From Dehalococcoidia bacterium (lineage in GTDB: Bacteria > Chloroflexota > Dehalococcoidia > GIF9 > AB-539-J10): a stretch of 64,000 bases of DNA. Below the pieces are notes generated by a model. The model saw only the letters and a list, made by a program, of their open reading frames with translations. It did no database searches and had not been told where the DNA came from. Numbering within the stretch: position 1 is the stretch's first letter; each line of letters opens with the position of its first letter. The stretch covers positions 48,605 through 112,604 of the forward strand of contig JAUWOR010000005.1 of the NCBI GenBank assembly GCA_030612025.1, given 5' to 3'. This document shows positions 39,912-50,115 of this stretch, piece by piece. Made by a program: the position numbers and the translations under genes.

Positions 39912-39967
39912 ACGTCCCTTGCCAGATAAAGGGTGGATGCAAGGAGGGCCTCCTTTTCCCATTTCAT

Positions 39968-40117
39968 CTATTCTTCGTATTCCTCGGTGGTTGGCTTTTT
40001 CTTCTTCTTAACCACCTCTACCTCTGTGGGTGGCATGAACTCAGAAGCTACCTTTGATTTTTTAGCTCCCTTTTTAGGTTTCTTGGTCTCTCTCCACCTG
40101 AAATCTCGTCTACCCAT
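39968..40117 (-). CDS. Small Lys-rich protein (49 aa), absent from the ORF track
   Basis: SD GAGGT then ATG; MGRRDFRWRETKKPKKGAKKSKVASEFMPPTEVEVVKKKKKPTTEEYEE*; fills the rnc-pflX gap on the same strand. Confidence 0.7.
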   Translation of the reverse strand: MGRRDFRWRETKKPKKGAKKSKVASEFMPPTEVEVVKKKKKPTTEEYEE

Positions 40118-40119
40118 GG

Positions 40120-40857
40120 CTATACCTCACGTCCCTCGCCAGATAAGGGGTAGTTGTTGAGGGCCTCCGTTGCCTTTAATTTTTCCCAGGCTGACTTTGC
40201 TGCTTCCATTTCAGCGATCTTCTTACTCTTTCCTGTACCTCGGCCCAAAATCTTGCCTTCTATGAGCACCTCCACAGTGAATTGCTTATCATGGTCGGGG
40301 CCGATGGCTTCTATCAGACGGTAGATTGGCGGGGAATGTTTTTCGCTTTGGATGAACTCCTGTAATAATGCTTTGTAATTGGGGCTTAGCTCTCCATGTT
40401 TTATTCTCTCTAGAAATGGCTTGAGTTGCTTGAGGATAAATTCCTTAGCTTTAGGCAGTCCCTGGTCGAGGTATATAGCTCCGATTAGCGCCTCCATGGC
40501 ATTTGCCAGGTTGCTTTGCTTTCTCTTCCCCCCGCTTGCCTCCTCGCCCTGTCCCAACAAAAGCCAGTCGCCAAGTTTGAGTGAAGAAGCTACCTCTGCT
40601 AAGGTCTGACGGCAAACTAGGGAAGCACGGGTCTTAGTTAGTTCCCCCTCAGGCAGCTCAGGGAACTCGCCATATAGCTGTTCAGCTGTTATGAAGTCGA
40701 GAATAGCGTCGCCTAAAAACTCCAGTCGCTCGTTACTGGGCAGAGCGAAGTCGGGATTTTCATTAAGGTAGGAGCGGTGCACAAAAGCTTGCTCTAACAA
40801 AGACTCATTGTTAAAGTGTATCCCTAAAACTCTTTGGCAATTGTCCCAGTCAGTCAT
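40120..40857 (-). CDS. rnc: Ribonuclease III
   Basis: NERLEFLGDAIL, EALIGAIYLD, dsRBD (GPDHDKQF...SKK.AE..AA). Confidence 0.97.
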   Translation of the reverse strand: MTDWDNCQRVLGIHFNNESLLEQAFVHRSYLNENPDFALPSNERLEFLGDAILDFITAEQLYGEFPELPEGELTKTRASLVCRQTLAEVASSLKLGDWLLLGQGEEASGGKRKQSNLANAMEALIGAIYLDQGLPKAKEFILKQLKPFLERIKHGELSPNYKALLQEFIQSEKHSPPIYRLIEAIGPDHDKQFTVEVLIEGKILGRGTGKSKKIAEMEAAKSAWEKLKATEALNNYPLSGEGREV

Positions 40858-40907
40858 TCTATAATTCCTTCTCAAGTATAACAACAAAGCCTAGCTAGCT
40901 CAACTTC

Positions 40908-40936
40908 TTGCTTCGTAGGCGTTATGCAGTTATAAT
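40908..40936 (+). promoter_or_regulatory. Sigma70-type promoter for the tRNA pair
   Basis: TTGCTT-17 bp-TATAAT ending 8 bp before tRNA-Gln. Confidence 0.8.
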
Positions 40937-40944
40937 TAACTCGT

Positions 40945-41018
40945 TGGGGATTAGTCTAGCGGTAGGACGACTGACTCTGGATCAGTTAGGCCAGGTTCGA
41001 ACCCTGGATCCCCAGCCA
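40945..41018 (+). tRNA. tRNA-Gln(CTG)
   Basis: TGGGGAT/ATCCCCA acceptor stem, ACTGA-CT-CTG-GA-TCAGT anticodon arm, GGTTCGAA T-loop, encoded CCA. Confidence 0.96.
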
Positions 41019-41023
41019 GCTAC

Positions 41024-41100
41024 GGCGCATTCGTCTAGGGGGTTAGGACACCTCCCTCTCAAGGAGGAGATCACCGGTTCGAATCCGGTATGCGCTACCA
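41024..41100 (+). tRNA. tRNA-Glu(CTC)
   Basis: GGCGCAT/ATGCGCT acceptor stem, CCTCC-CT-CTC-AA-GGAGG anticodon arm, GGTTCGAATCC, encoded CCA. Confidence 0.96.
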
Positions 41101-41223
41101 CCATATTTAGGCTGGTGTAAATATAGCTGGCTAAGTTAATTTATTAGGTGACATGTCAAACCAGATTCCTTTAGCCTTGTTGCTTATTTGTCCTTTGTGT
41201 TAAACTTCGTCCCAAAACAAACA

Positions 41224-42225
41224 ATGAAGCGTGTTTTTTCTGGTTTCCGCCCCACAGGTAAACAGCATATTGGTAATTACCTGGGGACTATTCAGAATTG
41301 CATTTCCCTTCAGGATGAGTACGATTGCATTTACTGTGTAGTGGATATTCATGCCCTCACTACGCTTGAGAGTACAGAAAGTCTTCGGGAGGATATTTAT
41401 GAGATGGTGCTTGATTGGCTGGCAGCCGGTATTGACCCGCAGAAAAGCATTATCTTCGTCCAATCTCATGTCCCTCAAGTGATGGAACTTCATACCTTAT
41501 TCAGTATGGTGACCCCTTTAAGCTGGTTATTGCGTGTGCCCACGTTTAAAGAGAAGGTGAAGATGCAGCCACATAATGTTAATTATGGACTGGTAGGTTA
41601 TCCTGTTCTTATGACGGCAGATATTGCCCTTTATAAAGGAGAGATTGTTCCTGTAGGTGAGGATCAGCTTCCTCATCTTGAATTAGCTCGAGAGATAGTA
41701 CGCCGGTTCAATTCCATTTATGGATTTGTGTTTCCCGAGCCGCAAGCAAAGCTCACCTCCTTTCCTTTGATTTTGGGTTTGGATGGAATACAGAAGATGA
41801 GTAAAAGCTATAACAACTATATTGAAATAGCCGCCTCTCCCCAGGAAATCTTGGAGCGGGTGATGATTGCCTTTACCGATCCAGCGCGGAGGTACCGCTC
41901 TGACTCGGGACACCCTGACATATGTAACATTTTCTGCCTTCATAAATTTTTCACCCCGGCACGAGTAGATGAGATTGCTTCTGAATGTCGTTGTGCCGGC
42001 ATTGGCTGTGTTGAGTGCAAAAAGATGCTAGCTGAAAGTATTAGCTCAACTCTTGAGCCTTTCCGGGAAAAGCGGGCTATTTTAGCCTCCAAACCTAATT
42101 ATATTACTGAGGTTCTGGCTGATGGAGCTAACCGAGCTGAGGCTATAGCCAAAGAGACTATCAGGGAGGTTAAAGAGAAGATGAGGCTTCTTCAGCGTGT
42201 TCAATTAGAACATATTCGTGACTGA
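41224..42225 (+). CDS. trpS: Tryptophan--tRNA ligase
   Basis: SGFRPTG.QHIGNY, YPVLMTADI, VPVGEDQ, KMSKS. Confidence 0.97.
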   Translation: MKRVFSGFRPTGKQHIGNYLGTIQNCISLQDEYDCIYCVVDIHALTTLESTESLREDIYEMVLDWLAAGIDPQKSIIFVQSHVPQVMELHTLFSMVTPLSWLLRVPTFKEKVKMQPHNVNYGLVGYPVLMTADIALYKGEIVPVGEDQLPHLELAREIVRRFNSIYGFVFPEPQAKLTSFPLILGLDGIQKMSKSYNNYIEIAASPQEILERVMIAFTDPARRYRSDSGHPDICNIFCLHKFFTPARVDEIASECRCAGIGCVECKKMLAESISSTLEPFREKRAILASKPNYITEVLADGANRAEAIAKETIREVKEKMRLLQRVQLEHIRD

Positions 42226-42291
42226 GTTGCTGTTATCCTGCTGGAGCGCAGACATTGCCTTGAAGAATTTAAAGAATCTGCTCTATTTTCA

Positions 42292-42516
42292 CTAAGTTAC
42301 CAATTCAGTAGCTGACCATTGGTCCTCTGTTTCACTGTAGCATAACTCAAATGACTTACCCTGCGCTGTAGTGACTTTAAATAATTTCTTGCCTGGTGCT
42401 TGCCATGCTTTTTCTATCTCCTCAACCTTATATTTTGTACCCTGCCACAGGAAAGATTGTGGTCGTTCAGCATAAGTATGGCCGGAATAGCAGTTGACTT
42501 GAATCATTTTCATCAT
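42292..42516 (-). CDS. Small DUF6504-like protein
   Basis: P.SFLWQG..Y.VEEI..AW.....FKV.T......EL......W pattern. Confidence 0.6.
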   Translation of the reverse strand: MMKMIQVNCYSGHTYAERPQSFLWQGTKYKVEEIEKAWQAPGKKLFKVTTAQGKSFELCYSETEDQWSATELVT

Positions 42517-44039
42517 AATGGTGGCCTTTTTTTGTGCCAGTCAGTTGCTTGCTCATAGGCAAAAGCAATGCGCAACAGTGTTTCCTCGCTAAAAGGCTTA
42601 CCTATAATCTGCATGCCGATGGGCAGGCCTTGTCCTGACCCTGAACGAAGTGAAGGGGAAGGATCTCTAGCGAACCCAGCAGGGATGGAAATAGCTGGGA
42701 CGCCAGCAATATTTATCGGCAAGGTGCACACATCGCTCAAATACATCTGCATTGGGTCTTCTATTTTTTCGCCCAGTTTGAAAGCCACTGTTGGCGAGGT
42801 TGGAGTGACCAAAGCATCATACTTTTTAAAGGCTTGGTCAAATTCTTGCTTTATCAAGGTGCGCACCTTTTGTGCCTTGAGATAGTAGGCATCATAATAA
42901 CCAGCGGATAGAGCATAAGTGCCTAACATTATACGTCTTTTAACCTCAGGGCCGAAACCGAATTGTCGTGTCTTTTCTGTTGTTTCTATCACATTGCTGG
43001 CCCCTCGCTCAGAGAAGCCATATTTTACTCCATCATAGCGAGCCAGATTTGCTGAAGCTTCGGAGGGAGCAAGTATATAATAGACGGCTAAGGCATACTT
43101 GGTAGATAGTAGAGAGGCCTCCCAATCTATTTCTGCACCTAGTTCCTCTAGCCTCCTTATGGCTATTTGCAAAGCTGCTCTTACTTCATTCTGCATGCCC
43201 TCTACGAAGTACTCCTGGGGAATACCGATCTTTAGTCCCTCGAGGCTTTGCCCTCGAGGGCTCGAGCCCGAAGGGTCAGGAATTAAGTGCTGGCTATAGT
43301 CTGGAACAGGATAGGGAACCGAGGTTGAATCTCTAGGGTCATGTCCAGCAATGGCACTCATCACCAAAGCGCAGTCGGGCACATCTTTAGTTATCGGTCC
43401 AATTTGGTCAAGGGAGCTAGCGAAAGCGACTAAACCAAAGCGGCTTACGCGGCCATAGGTTGGTTTGAGGCCGACCATATTACAAAATCCCGCTGGTTGA
43501 CGGACGCTCCCCCCGGTATCCGAGCCAAGGGCATAGATAGCTTCATCGGTAGCCACAGCAGCGGCTGAGCCACCACTGCTGCCTCCGGGAACACGACTTA
43601 AATCCCAAGGGTTATGGGTGGGAAAGAAGGCGGAATGCTCAGTGGAGGAGCCCATAGCGAACTCATCCATATTTGTTTTGCCTAGTATTACTGCCTTTTG
43701 TGCCTTCAATTTTTCTATTACTGTGGCATTGTAAGGTGGAATGAAATTTTCCAGCATCTTCGAACCACAGGTGGTTCGTATCCCTTGGGTGCATATAACA
43801 TCCTTAATCAAGGTAGGTATACCAGTTAAAGGTGCAATATCACCGCTACTGATATGCTTATCTGCCTCTTCTGCCTGTCTTAAGGCCGAATCCTCGGTAA
43901 TAGTGACGCAAGCATGAATCTTATCTTCCACTTCAGCGATGCGCTTCAATGCAGATCTGGTGAGTTCAACCGAGGAAATTTTCCTCTGTTTAAGAAGCTC
44001 GTGTGCCTCATGAATAGTTAGCTGATGTAGCTCGTTCAT
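42513..44039 (-). CDS. gatA: Asp/Glu-tRNA amidotransferase subunit A
   Basis: [44 protein letters not shown]. Confidence 0.97.
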   Translation of the reverse strand: MNELHQLTIHEAHELLKQRKISSVELTRSALKRIAEVEDKIHACVTITEDSALRQAEEADKHISSGDIAPLTGIPTLIKDVICTQGIRTTCGSKMLENFIPPYNATVIEKLKAQKAVILGKTNMDEFAMGSSTEHSAFFPTHNPWDLSRVPGGSSGGSAAAVATDEAIYALGSDTGGSVRQPAGFCNMVGLKPTYGRVSRFGLVAFASSLDQIGPITKDVPDCALVMSAIAGHDPRDSTSVPYPVPDYSQHLIPDPSGSSPRGQSLEGLKIGIPQEYFVEGMQNEVRAALQIAIRRLEELGAEIDWEASLLSTKYALAVYYILAPSEASANLARYDGVKYGFSERGASNVIETTEKTRQFGFGPEVKRRIMLGTYALSAGYYDAYYLKAQKVRTLIKQEFDQAFKKYDALVTPTSPTVAFKLGEKIEDPMQMYLSDVCTLPINIAGVPAISIPAGFARDPSPSLRSGSGQGLPIGMQIIGKPFSEETLLRIAFAYEQATDWHKKRPPL

Positions 44040-44069
44040 TTACAAACAATCCCTCTAACTTCGCCCCCT

Positions 44070-44149
44070 ATCATTCTGAACGTAGCGAAGAATCTAGAGA
44101 CCCTTCACTTGCCTTTTCGCTTCGTTCAGAGCTTCGGCTCAGGGTGACA
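44070..44149. repeat. Composite TCATTCTGAACGTAGCGAAGAATCT-family repeat between gatC and gatA
   Basis: Same family as 2534 and 11265; ends GCTCAGGGTGACA. Confidence 0.8.
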
Positions 44150-44160
44150 GCTAAACGCTC

Positions 44161-44448
44161 TTATTCCAATATTGCTTGCACTTTGAAGCAATGCTCTTCT
44201 TGTCTAGGGGCATTGGCTAGAACCGCATTCTGGGGATATGATTTAGCTATCCTGTCTTCCCTGAAAACATTTTGCTGGGGGATAGACGGGGTTACTGGTG
44301 GCACATTGGTCGTGTCTATTTCCTCGAGTACCTCGAAGTTTTCCAAGATGTTAGATAGCTGAAAGCTAAATTTTTCGCTCTCAGCTTCACTCAAGCCTAA
44401 ACGGGCTAGCCAGGCAATATGTTTTACTTGTTCGTAGCTTAATTTCAT
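44161..44448 (-). CDS. gatC: Asp/Glu-tRNA amidotransferase subunit C
   Basis: V.HIA.LARL, IDT.NVPP, FRED, LANAP. Confidence 0.94.
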   Translation of the reverse strand: MKLSYEQVKHIAWLARLGLSEAESEKFSFQLSNILENFEVLEEIDTTNVPPVTPSIPQQNVFREDRIAKSYPQNAVLANAPRQEEHCFKVQAILE

Positions 44449-44633
44449 TTTACGTTAAGAATAATAATTATAGCACTAATTTAATTTCTCGGTGACAATT
44501 GCGTAGCATGTGTCAAATTATTTTAAGTAGCTAACCCGACTTTAGATTGTTGCTTATCGTCTGGGTGGGAGCTTATAATTGTAATAATGCAGGGAAAGAC
44601 TGCGAAGTCAAAAAAGAGAGGGTACATAGAATA

Positions 44634-46694
44634 ATGAACTCATATAAACCAGGCAAAGTCCGTAACGTTGTGCTGCTATCTCATTATGGTGCTGGCAAGA
44701 CTTCCCTCGCTGAAGCGATGCTATTTACCTCGGGGGCTATCAAACGCTTAGGCAATGTTGAAAGCGGCACTACTACCTCTGATTATGATCCTAGCGAAAT
44801 TGAGCGCCGCATGAGCATCAGCCTGTCTTTGTTGCCGCAAGAGTGGAAGGGAAGCAAGTTAAATCTCATTGATACTCCTGGTTATGTTGATTTTGCTAGT
44901 GAAGTCAAAGCAGGTTTGCGTGTCTGTGAGGGAGCAGTGATTGTAGTTTGTGCTGCTTCAGGAGTGGAAGTAGGCACTGAGCAAGTATGGTCTTATGCTG
45001 AAAAGATGAATCTACCTCGCTTGATTTTCATTAATAAGATGGATCGAGATAATGCTGATTTCCTGCGAACTTTGACGGAAGTCCAGGCTAAATTAGCAGC
45101 AAGATGCTTGCCAGTTCAGCTACCTATAGGGGCGCAGAGTGATTTTCAAGGCATTGCAGACTTAGTGACTATGAAAGGTTATATTGGCGCTACTTTACAG
45201 GAAATAGAGCTACCCTCTTCGCTTGTGGAGCAAGCGAAAATTAGCCGTGAGAAGCTGGTGGAAGCCGTGGTTGAGATTGATGATAAACTCATCGCTAAGT
45301 ATTTGGAGGGTGAGGATATAAGCGACGAGGAAATTTTTACGGCTATAAAGCAAGCGACTATAGCCGGTAAGTTAGTGCCTGTTTTTACCGGTTCCGCCTC
45401 GCGTAATATTGGCATTAGTTCGCTTTTTGATGCTATTAGTAACTATTTGCCTTCGCCTGAAGAAAGAGATACTACTGTAGCTACAAATTTAATAACTGGC
45501 GATAAGGAGGAAGTTAAACCAGAGGCAGGGGCACCCTTAAGCAGCTTCGTTTTTAAGACTAGCGCTGATCCATTTACCGGCAAGGTGAGCTATCTCCGAG
45601 TTTACTCGGGCATTATTTTCAGTAATTCCCAAGTTTGGAATGCTAACAAGAAGAGCATGGAGCGTATTGGTCAACTTTTTACCTTGTTGGGTAAAAATCA
45701 GCAGCCGGTGCCTCAATTAGCTGCTGGAGATATTGGGGTAGTAGCCAGGTTAAACTTGACCACTGCCGGGGATACTCTTTGTGCTCATGAGCGTCCCGTG
45801 ACCTTTGAAGGCATTGATTTTCCTCAAGCAAATTTCAGTATGGCGATCCAACCTCAGACAAAAGCTGATCTGGATAAGATGAGTACTGTCTTACCCAGAA
45901 TTTGCGAGGAAGACCCTTCCTTGAAGGTACATCGTGATCCTGATACTAAGGAGGTCATTGTTTCTGGGGTCGGTGATAGCCATTTAGAGATGGTTAAGGA
46001 AAGGATGCGTCGCAAGTTTGGCGTGGAGGTGAAGTTGGAGCCACCAAGGGTTCCTTATAAGGAAACTATTACGGTGCCAACTAAGGCGGAATATAAACAT
46101 AGGAAACAGTCAGGGGGACATGGCCAATATGGGCATGTCTTTCTGGAGCTAGAGCCTTTATCTCGGGGTAGCGGCTTTGAATTTGGAGCGAAAGTAGTAG
46201 GTGGCTCGGTGCCTAAGAATTATATTCCCGCGGTAGAAAAGGGAGTCAATGAGGCGAAACAAGAGGGTGTTGTAGCTAAATATCCTGTAGTTGACGTAAA
46301 GGTGACGCTTTATGATGGTAGCTTCCACCCAGTAGATTCTTCCGATATTTGTTTCAAGATTGCTGGAGCACAGGCTTTAAAGAAGGGACTGTCTCAAGGG
46401 CAGCCCATACTGCTTGAGCCAATAATGAACCTTAATATAACTGTGCCCGAAGCATATACTGGGGATATTATTGGTGATCTTAATACTAAAAGGGGGCGTG
46501 TTCTTGGGATGATCCCTCAGGAAAACAATAATACTATTCAAGCTCAGGCGCCATATGCAGAGCTGCTTCACTATGCTATAGACTTGAGGTCAATGACGCA
46601 AGGGCGTGGCAGCTTTACCGTGGAATTTAGCCATTATGAAGAAGTACCAGCCCATATTAGCCAAAAGATCGTTACTGGGCGGAAAGCAGAGTAG
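44634..46694 (+). CDS. fusA: Elongation factor G-like protein (probable EF-G2 paralog)
   Basis: SHYGAGKTS (variant G1), DTPG, NKMD, HRKQSGGHGQYG, LRSMTQGRG; not in an rpsL-rpsG operon. Confidence 0.9.
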   Translation: MNSYKPGKVRNVVLLSHYGAGKTSLAEAMLFTSGAIKRLGNVESGTTTSDYDPSEIERRMSISLSLLPQEWKGSKLNLIDTPGYVDFASEVKAGLRVCEGAVIVVCAASGVEVGTEQVWSYAEKMNLPRLIFINKMDRDNADFLRTLTEVQAKLAARCLPVQLPIGAQSDFQGIADLVTMKGYIGATLQEIELPSSLVEQAKISREKLVEAVVEIDDKLIAKYLEGEDISDEEIFTAIKQATIAGKLVPVFTGSASRNIGISSLFDAISNYLPSPEERDTTVATNLITGDKEEVKPEAGAPLSSFVFKTSADPFTGKVSYLRVYSGIIFSNSQVWNANKKSMERIGQLFTLLGKNQQPVPQLAAGDIGVVARLNLTTAGDTLCAHERPVTFEGIDFPQANFSMAIQPQTKADLDKMSTVLPRICEEDPSLKVHRDPDTKEVIVSGVGDSHLEMVKERMRRKFGVEVKLEPPRVPYKETITVPTKAEYKHRKQSGGHGQYGHVFLELEPLSRGSGFEFGAKVVGGSVPKNYIPAVEKGVNEAKQEGVVAKYPVVDVKVTLYDGSFHPVDSSDICFKIAGAQALKKGLSQGQPILLEPIMNLNITVPEAYTGDIIGDLNTKRGRVLGMIPQENNNTIQAQAPYAELLHYAIDLRSMTQGRGSFTVEFSHYEEVPAHISQKIVTGRKAE

Positions 46695-46705
46695 GGAATA
46701 ATACT

Positions 46706-47707
46706 CTAGCCAGCTAGTAATTCCCTTAGCTTCTTAGTGAAAGCGGGTATCACCTCTTCGTAGCGGCCTACCACTCCGAATTTTGCTTCCCTAAATATAT
46801 TTGCCTCTGGATCCTTGTTAATCGCTATGATGTTTTTTGAGCCAGAGCAACCTGCTATGTGTTGGCTAGCCCCTGATATAGCTATAGCAATGTAAATATC
46901 AGGGGCAACAATCTTGCCTGTGAGGCCAACGTGTAGTGCCTCCGGTACCCAACCATTATCAGCCGGTGGGCGTGAAGCCCCTACTGCGCCATGTAATACG
47001 TCAGCTAGCTCCTTCAAGGTCGTTTTGAATGGCTCGGGACCGCCAATGCCTCTACCTCCACTAACTATCACCGGGGCGTCCTCAAGCTTAACCCCGGTTA
47101 CTTCTTCTTTTACTTTTTCTGTCACCTTTGTCCTTACCTGTGCCATATCTATTTCAACCTTTGTCGGTATGACCTCTCCTTTTCTTGAGTCGTCACGCTC
47201 CATTGGCGACATCGCCTTTGCTCTAATAGTAACTACTTGGGGCATAGTGCTGCAGCTAAATATAGCTTGAGCGTTGCCCCCGTATACAGGTTTTGTTTGC
47301 AGAAGCAGCTTTGTCTCCGGATCTATGCTTAGGTCAATACAATCTGTTGATAAGCCAGTTCCTAATCTAAAGGCGAGGCGAGGGGCTAAGTCTCGGCCTG
47401 TAGACGTTTGCCCCATGAGTATAATTCGAGGTGAAATCTTGCTAGCTAGCTTTTCCGCAACCTGGAGGTAAGTATCTGCTTGATACTCCTTGAGTGAAGG
47501 GTCTTCTACCGTATAAACTTTGTCAGCTCCGAAAGCGATTGCCTCTTTGGGGGTTTCAGCCACTGTATCACTGGCTAATAGACAGGACAAATCCTCCTTT
47601 AAGCCATCGGCAAGATTCCTGCCGCATCCTAGCAATTCAGTAGTAATAGAGGGTAACTTTCCGTTTATTAACTCACCGCAGACTATCACACCTTTATATT
47701 CAGCCAT
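46706..47707 (-). CDS. etfA: Electron transfer flavoprotein alpha subunit
   Basis: VSGGRG, VGASR, GLTGK.V.P, ISGASQH..G, INKDPEANIF. Confidence 0.95.
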   Translation of the reverse strand: MAEYKGVIVCGELINGKLPSITTELLGCGRNLADGLKEDLSCLLASDTVAETPKEAIAFGADKVYTVEDPSLKEYQADTYLQVAEKLASKISPRIILMGQTSTGRDLAPRLAFRLGTGLSTDCIDLSIDPETKLLLQTKPVYGGNAQAIFSCSTMPQVVTIRAKAMSPMERDDSRKGEVIPTKVEIDMAQVRTKVTEKVKEEVTGVKLEDAPVIVSGGRGIGGPEPFKTTLKELADVLHGAVGASRPPADNGWVPEALHVGLTGKIVAPDIYIAIAISGASQHIAGCSGSKNIIAINKDPEANIFREAKFGVVGRYEEVIPAFTKKLRELLAG

Positions 47708-47723
47708 TATTTCCTCCTTGGTT

Positions 47724-48527
47724 TTAAATTATTTTTGCCTCTCTGAGTTTTGTAGCTAAATTAACACCAGCCTCTACCGGGGTCTCCCCCCCAATTATTT
47801 CACATTTAACTTCCTTAACCGGTTGGAAAAGTTTAGCTAACTTGACCCGCCTTCCAGCAGCCCCAACTTGGGATAGCTCAAGCCCTATGTCGGCTGGCTT
47901 CCATATAGTAGGTTGTTTTTTAGCTGCTGCCATGATTCCCTTTAGGGCGGGGTAGCGGAGACTACCTAGTTCACTAGTCACAGTAATTAAAGCAGGAAAC
48001 CCTACCTCCACTACTTCATAGCCATCGGGGATGACTCGCTCTACCTTTAACTTTCCATCAGTAACCTCTAGCTTTCGGGCCAAGGTTACAGCAGGGATAC
48101 CCAGGATTTCAGCGATGCCCAGGCCAACCTGCCCGGCATCCCAGTCGGAGGATTGCCGGCCGCAGAAAATAAGGTCATACTCTCCTATCTTTTTGATTGC
48201 CATTGTCAAAGCATAAGCAGTCGACCAACTATCGCCTTCTTCAAAAGCTTCATCCTCCAGAAGGATGAGTTCATCACCGCCCACAGCTAATGTTTTCTTA
48301 ATCACATCACGGACTAGCTTATTACCCAGGCTAAGTATGGTGATTTTGCCGCCTGCCTTGTCTTTAATCCTCAGGGCAGCTTCCATAGCGAACTCATCAT
48401 ATTGACCAATCACGGGTTTTACATCTGGTGGCAAAGTCATTTTGTTAGTAGTTGAATCAACCTTAAATACCACTGGCGGTGCCTCTGGATCGGGCACCTG
48501 TTTGCAACAGACAATCATATTTGGCAT
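47724..48527 (-). CDS. etfB: Electron transfer flavoprotein beta subunit
   Basis: VCCKQVPD, DEFAMEAAL, CGRQSSDWD.GQVG. Confidence 0.95.
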   Translation of the reverse strand: MPNMIVCCKQVPDPEAPPVVFKVDSTTNKMTLPPDVKPVIGQYDEFAMEAALRIKDKAGGKITILSLGNKLVRDVIKKTLAVGGDELILLEDEAFEEGDSWSTAYALTMAIKKIGEYDLIFCGRQSSDWDAGQVGLGIAEILGIPAVTLARKLEVTDGKLKVERVIPDGYEVVEVGFPALITVTSELGSLRYPALKGIMAAAKKQPTIWKPADIGLELSQVGAAGRRVKLAKLFQPVKEVKCEIIGGETPVEAGVNLATKLREAKII

Positions 48528-48588
48528 TCCTCTCCTCCTTTTAAAATAAATTTTTCATATGAAATATAGTTAAAAAATCTGTCCTGTG

Positions 48589-50052
48589 TCAATAGTTGAT
48601 TATAGTGGGGGTAGCTAGTTTTCCTAAAGCTGTGCTAAGCCGTTTGAGACATTTCTCCTTGCCCAATACCGCCATGGTTTGAAATAAGGGTGGTGCTGCA
48701 GTGCGCCCTGTGATAGCCACTCGCAATAAGCCGAAGAATTTTCCTGTGGTTAAGTTTAACTCTGTAGCCAGGGAGCGTAGAATGCCTTCAAGCGAGCCAG
48801 CATCCCATGTTTTTACTACTTCCAGCCTTTGCAGAGCAATTTTAATAGCCTGGGTAGCATCTAATCCACCACTTAATAGCAGGCTAGTATCATAGGGCAA
48901 CTCATCAAGGAAGAAAAAGTCGGCAAGTTGAGGGACCTCAGCTAAAGTCTTAGCTCGTTCTTGGAGTAAAGGTGTAATTCGGCAGACGTAATCCCTATCC
49001 AATGGGCGTTTTATCTGGGGGGGCAAATCCCGATCTAAAAATAGAGTGGATTGCCGGGCAAACTCCTCTGGGCTTAGTCGGCGTAGGTAAACTCCGTTCA
49101 TCCATTCCAGCTTACGTTTATCAAAGATAGCCGCGGTCTTACTTATTCTTCCTAGAGAGAAATGCTTTATCAATTCCTCTCGGCTTAGCAACTCAGTTCT
49201 ATCATCGAGTGACCAACCTAGCAGTGCTAGGAAGTTAATCATCGCCTCAGGAAGATAACCTTGTTCTTTATACTCGATGACGGTGGTGGCACCATGTCGC
49301 TTGGAAAGTTTGGATCTGTCAGGACCAAGTATCATAGGTAGATGGGCAAATTGTGGAGGTTCCCAGTTTAAAGATTGATAAAGCAGCACGTGGCGAGGAA
49401 CACTGGGAAGCCATTCATCAGCTCTAAGGATGTGGGAAATAGCCATTAAGTGGTCATCCACTACATTGGCTAAATGATATGTTGGATAACCATCGGACTT
49501 GAGCAGGATGAAATCGTCTAGAGTGCTATTTTGGAAAGTCAGTTGGCCCCGGATTACATCGTGGAAGGTGGTTTCTCCCTCGAGCGGCATTTTGAAACGG
49601 ACTACGGGTACAATGCCGCTTGCCTCTAGTTGAGTTTTTTCTTGCTGTGTTAAATAACGGCAGTGCCCATCATATTTTGGTGGTTGCTTTCGTTTCATCT
49701 GTTCTTGACGCATCGCCTCTAGCCGTTGTGGAGAACAATAACATAGGTAAGCATAACCATCTTTAAGCAAACTGTTCGAGATTTCATGGTAATAATATAA
49801 TCTTTGTGATTGAAAATAGGGGCCCTCGTCCCAATCCAGCCCAAGCCACCTTAAGCTATCCAGTATGACATCTACTGCCCCTTCTACTTTACGGGCGATA
49901 TCGGTGTCTTCAATACGCAAGATGAACTTACCGCCATGATGGCGAGCAAAAAGCCAGTTGAATAGGGCCGTTCTAATATTACCTAAATGCGGGTGGCCCG
50001 TGGGGCTAGGGGCAAAACGGACTCTGACTTGAGCTTGTAACTTGGACTCCAT
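48589..50052 (-). CDS. gltX: Glutamate--tRNA ligase
   Basis: RFAPSPTG.PHLG, LRIEDTD, KLSKR. Confidence 0.97.
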   Translation of the reverse strand: MESKLQAQVRVRFAPSPTGHPHLGNIRTALFNWLFARHHGGKFILRIEDTDIARKVEGAVDVILDSLRWLGLDWDEGPYFQSQRLYYYHEISNSLLKDGYAYLCYCSPQRLEAMRQEQMKRKQPPKYDGHCRYLTQQEKTQLEASGIVPVVRFKMPLEGETTFHDVIRGQLTFQNSTLDDFILLKSDGYPTYHLANVVDDHLMAISHILRADEWLPSVPRHVLLYQSLNWEPPQFAHLPMILGPDRSKLSKRHGATTVIEYKEQGYLPEAMINFLALLGWSLDDRTELLSREELIKHFSLGRISKTAAIFDKRKLEWMNGVYLRRLSPEEFARQSTLFLDRDLPPQIKRPLDRDYVCRITPLLQERAKTLAEVPQLADFFFLDELPYDTSLLLSGGLDATQAIKIALQRLEVVKTWDAGSLEGILRSLATELNLTTGKFFGLLRVAITGRTAAPPLFQTMAVLGKEKCLKRLSTALGKLATPTIINY

Positions 50053-50115
50053 AATTATACATTATGGCATATTTAGCCATTGTAGTATCACTAGAAGGTG
50101 GGAAACCTAAAAGTG

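Noticed and set aside
40945-41100. tRNA pair as an integration site
   Set aside because: Flanked by rnc and trpS, with no integrase and no duplicated tRNA 3' end visible.
40908-41120. 70-aa ORF
   Set aside because: Overlaps two well-formed tRNA genes.
46706-48527. etfBA without an adjacent dehydrogenase
   Set aside because: Stand-alone ETF pairs are common; nothing in the sequence suggests novelty.
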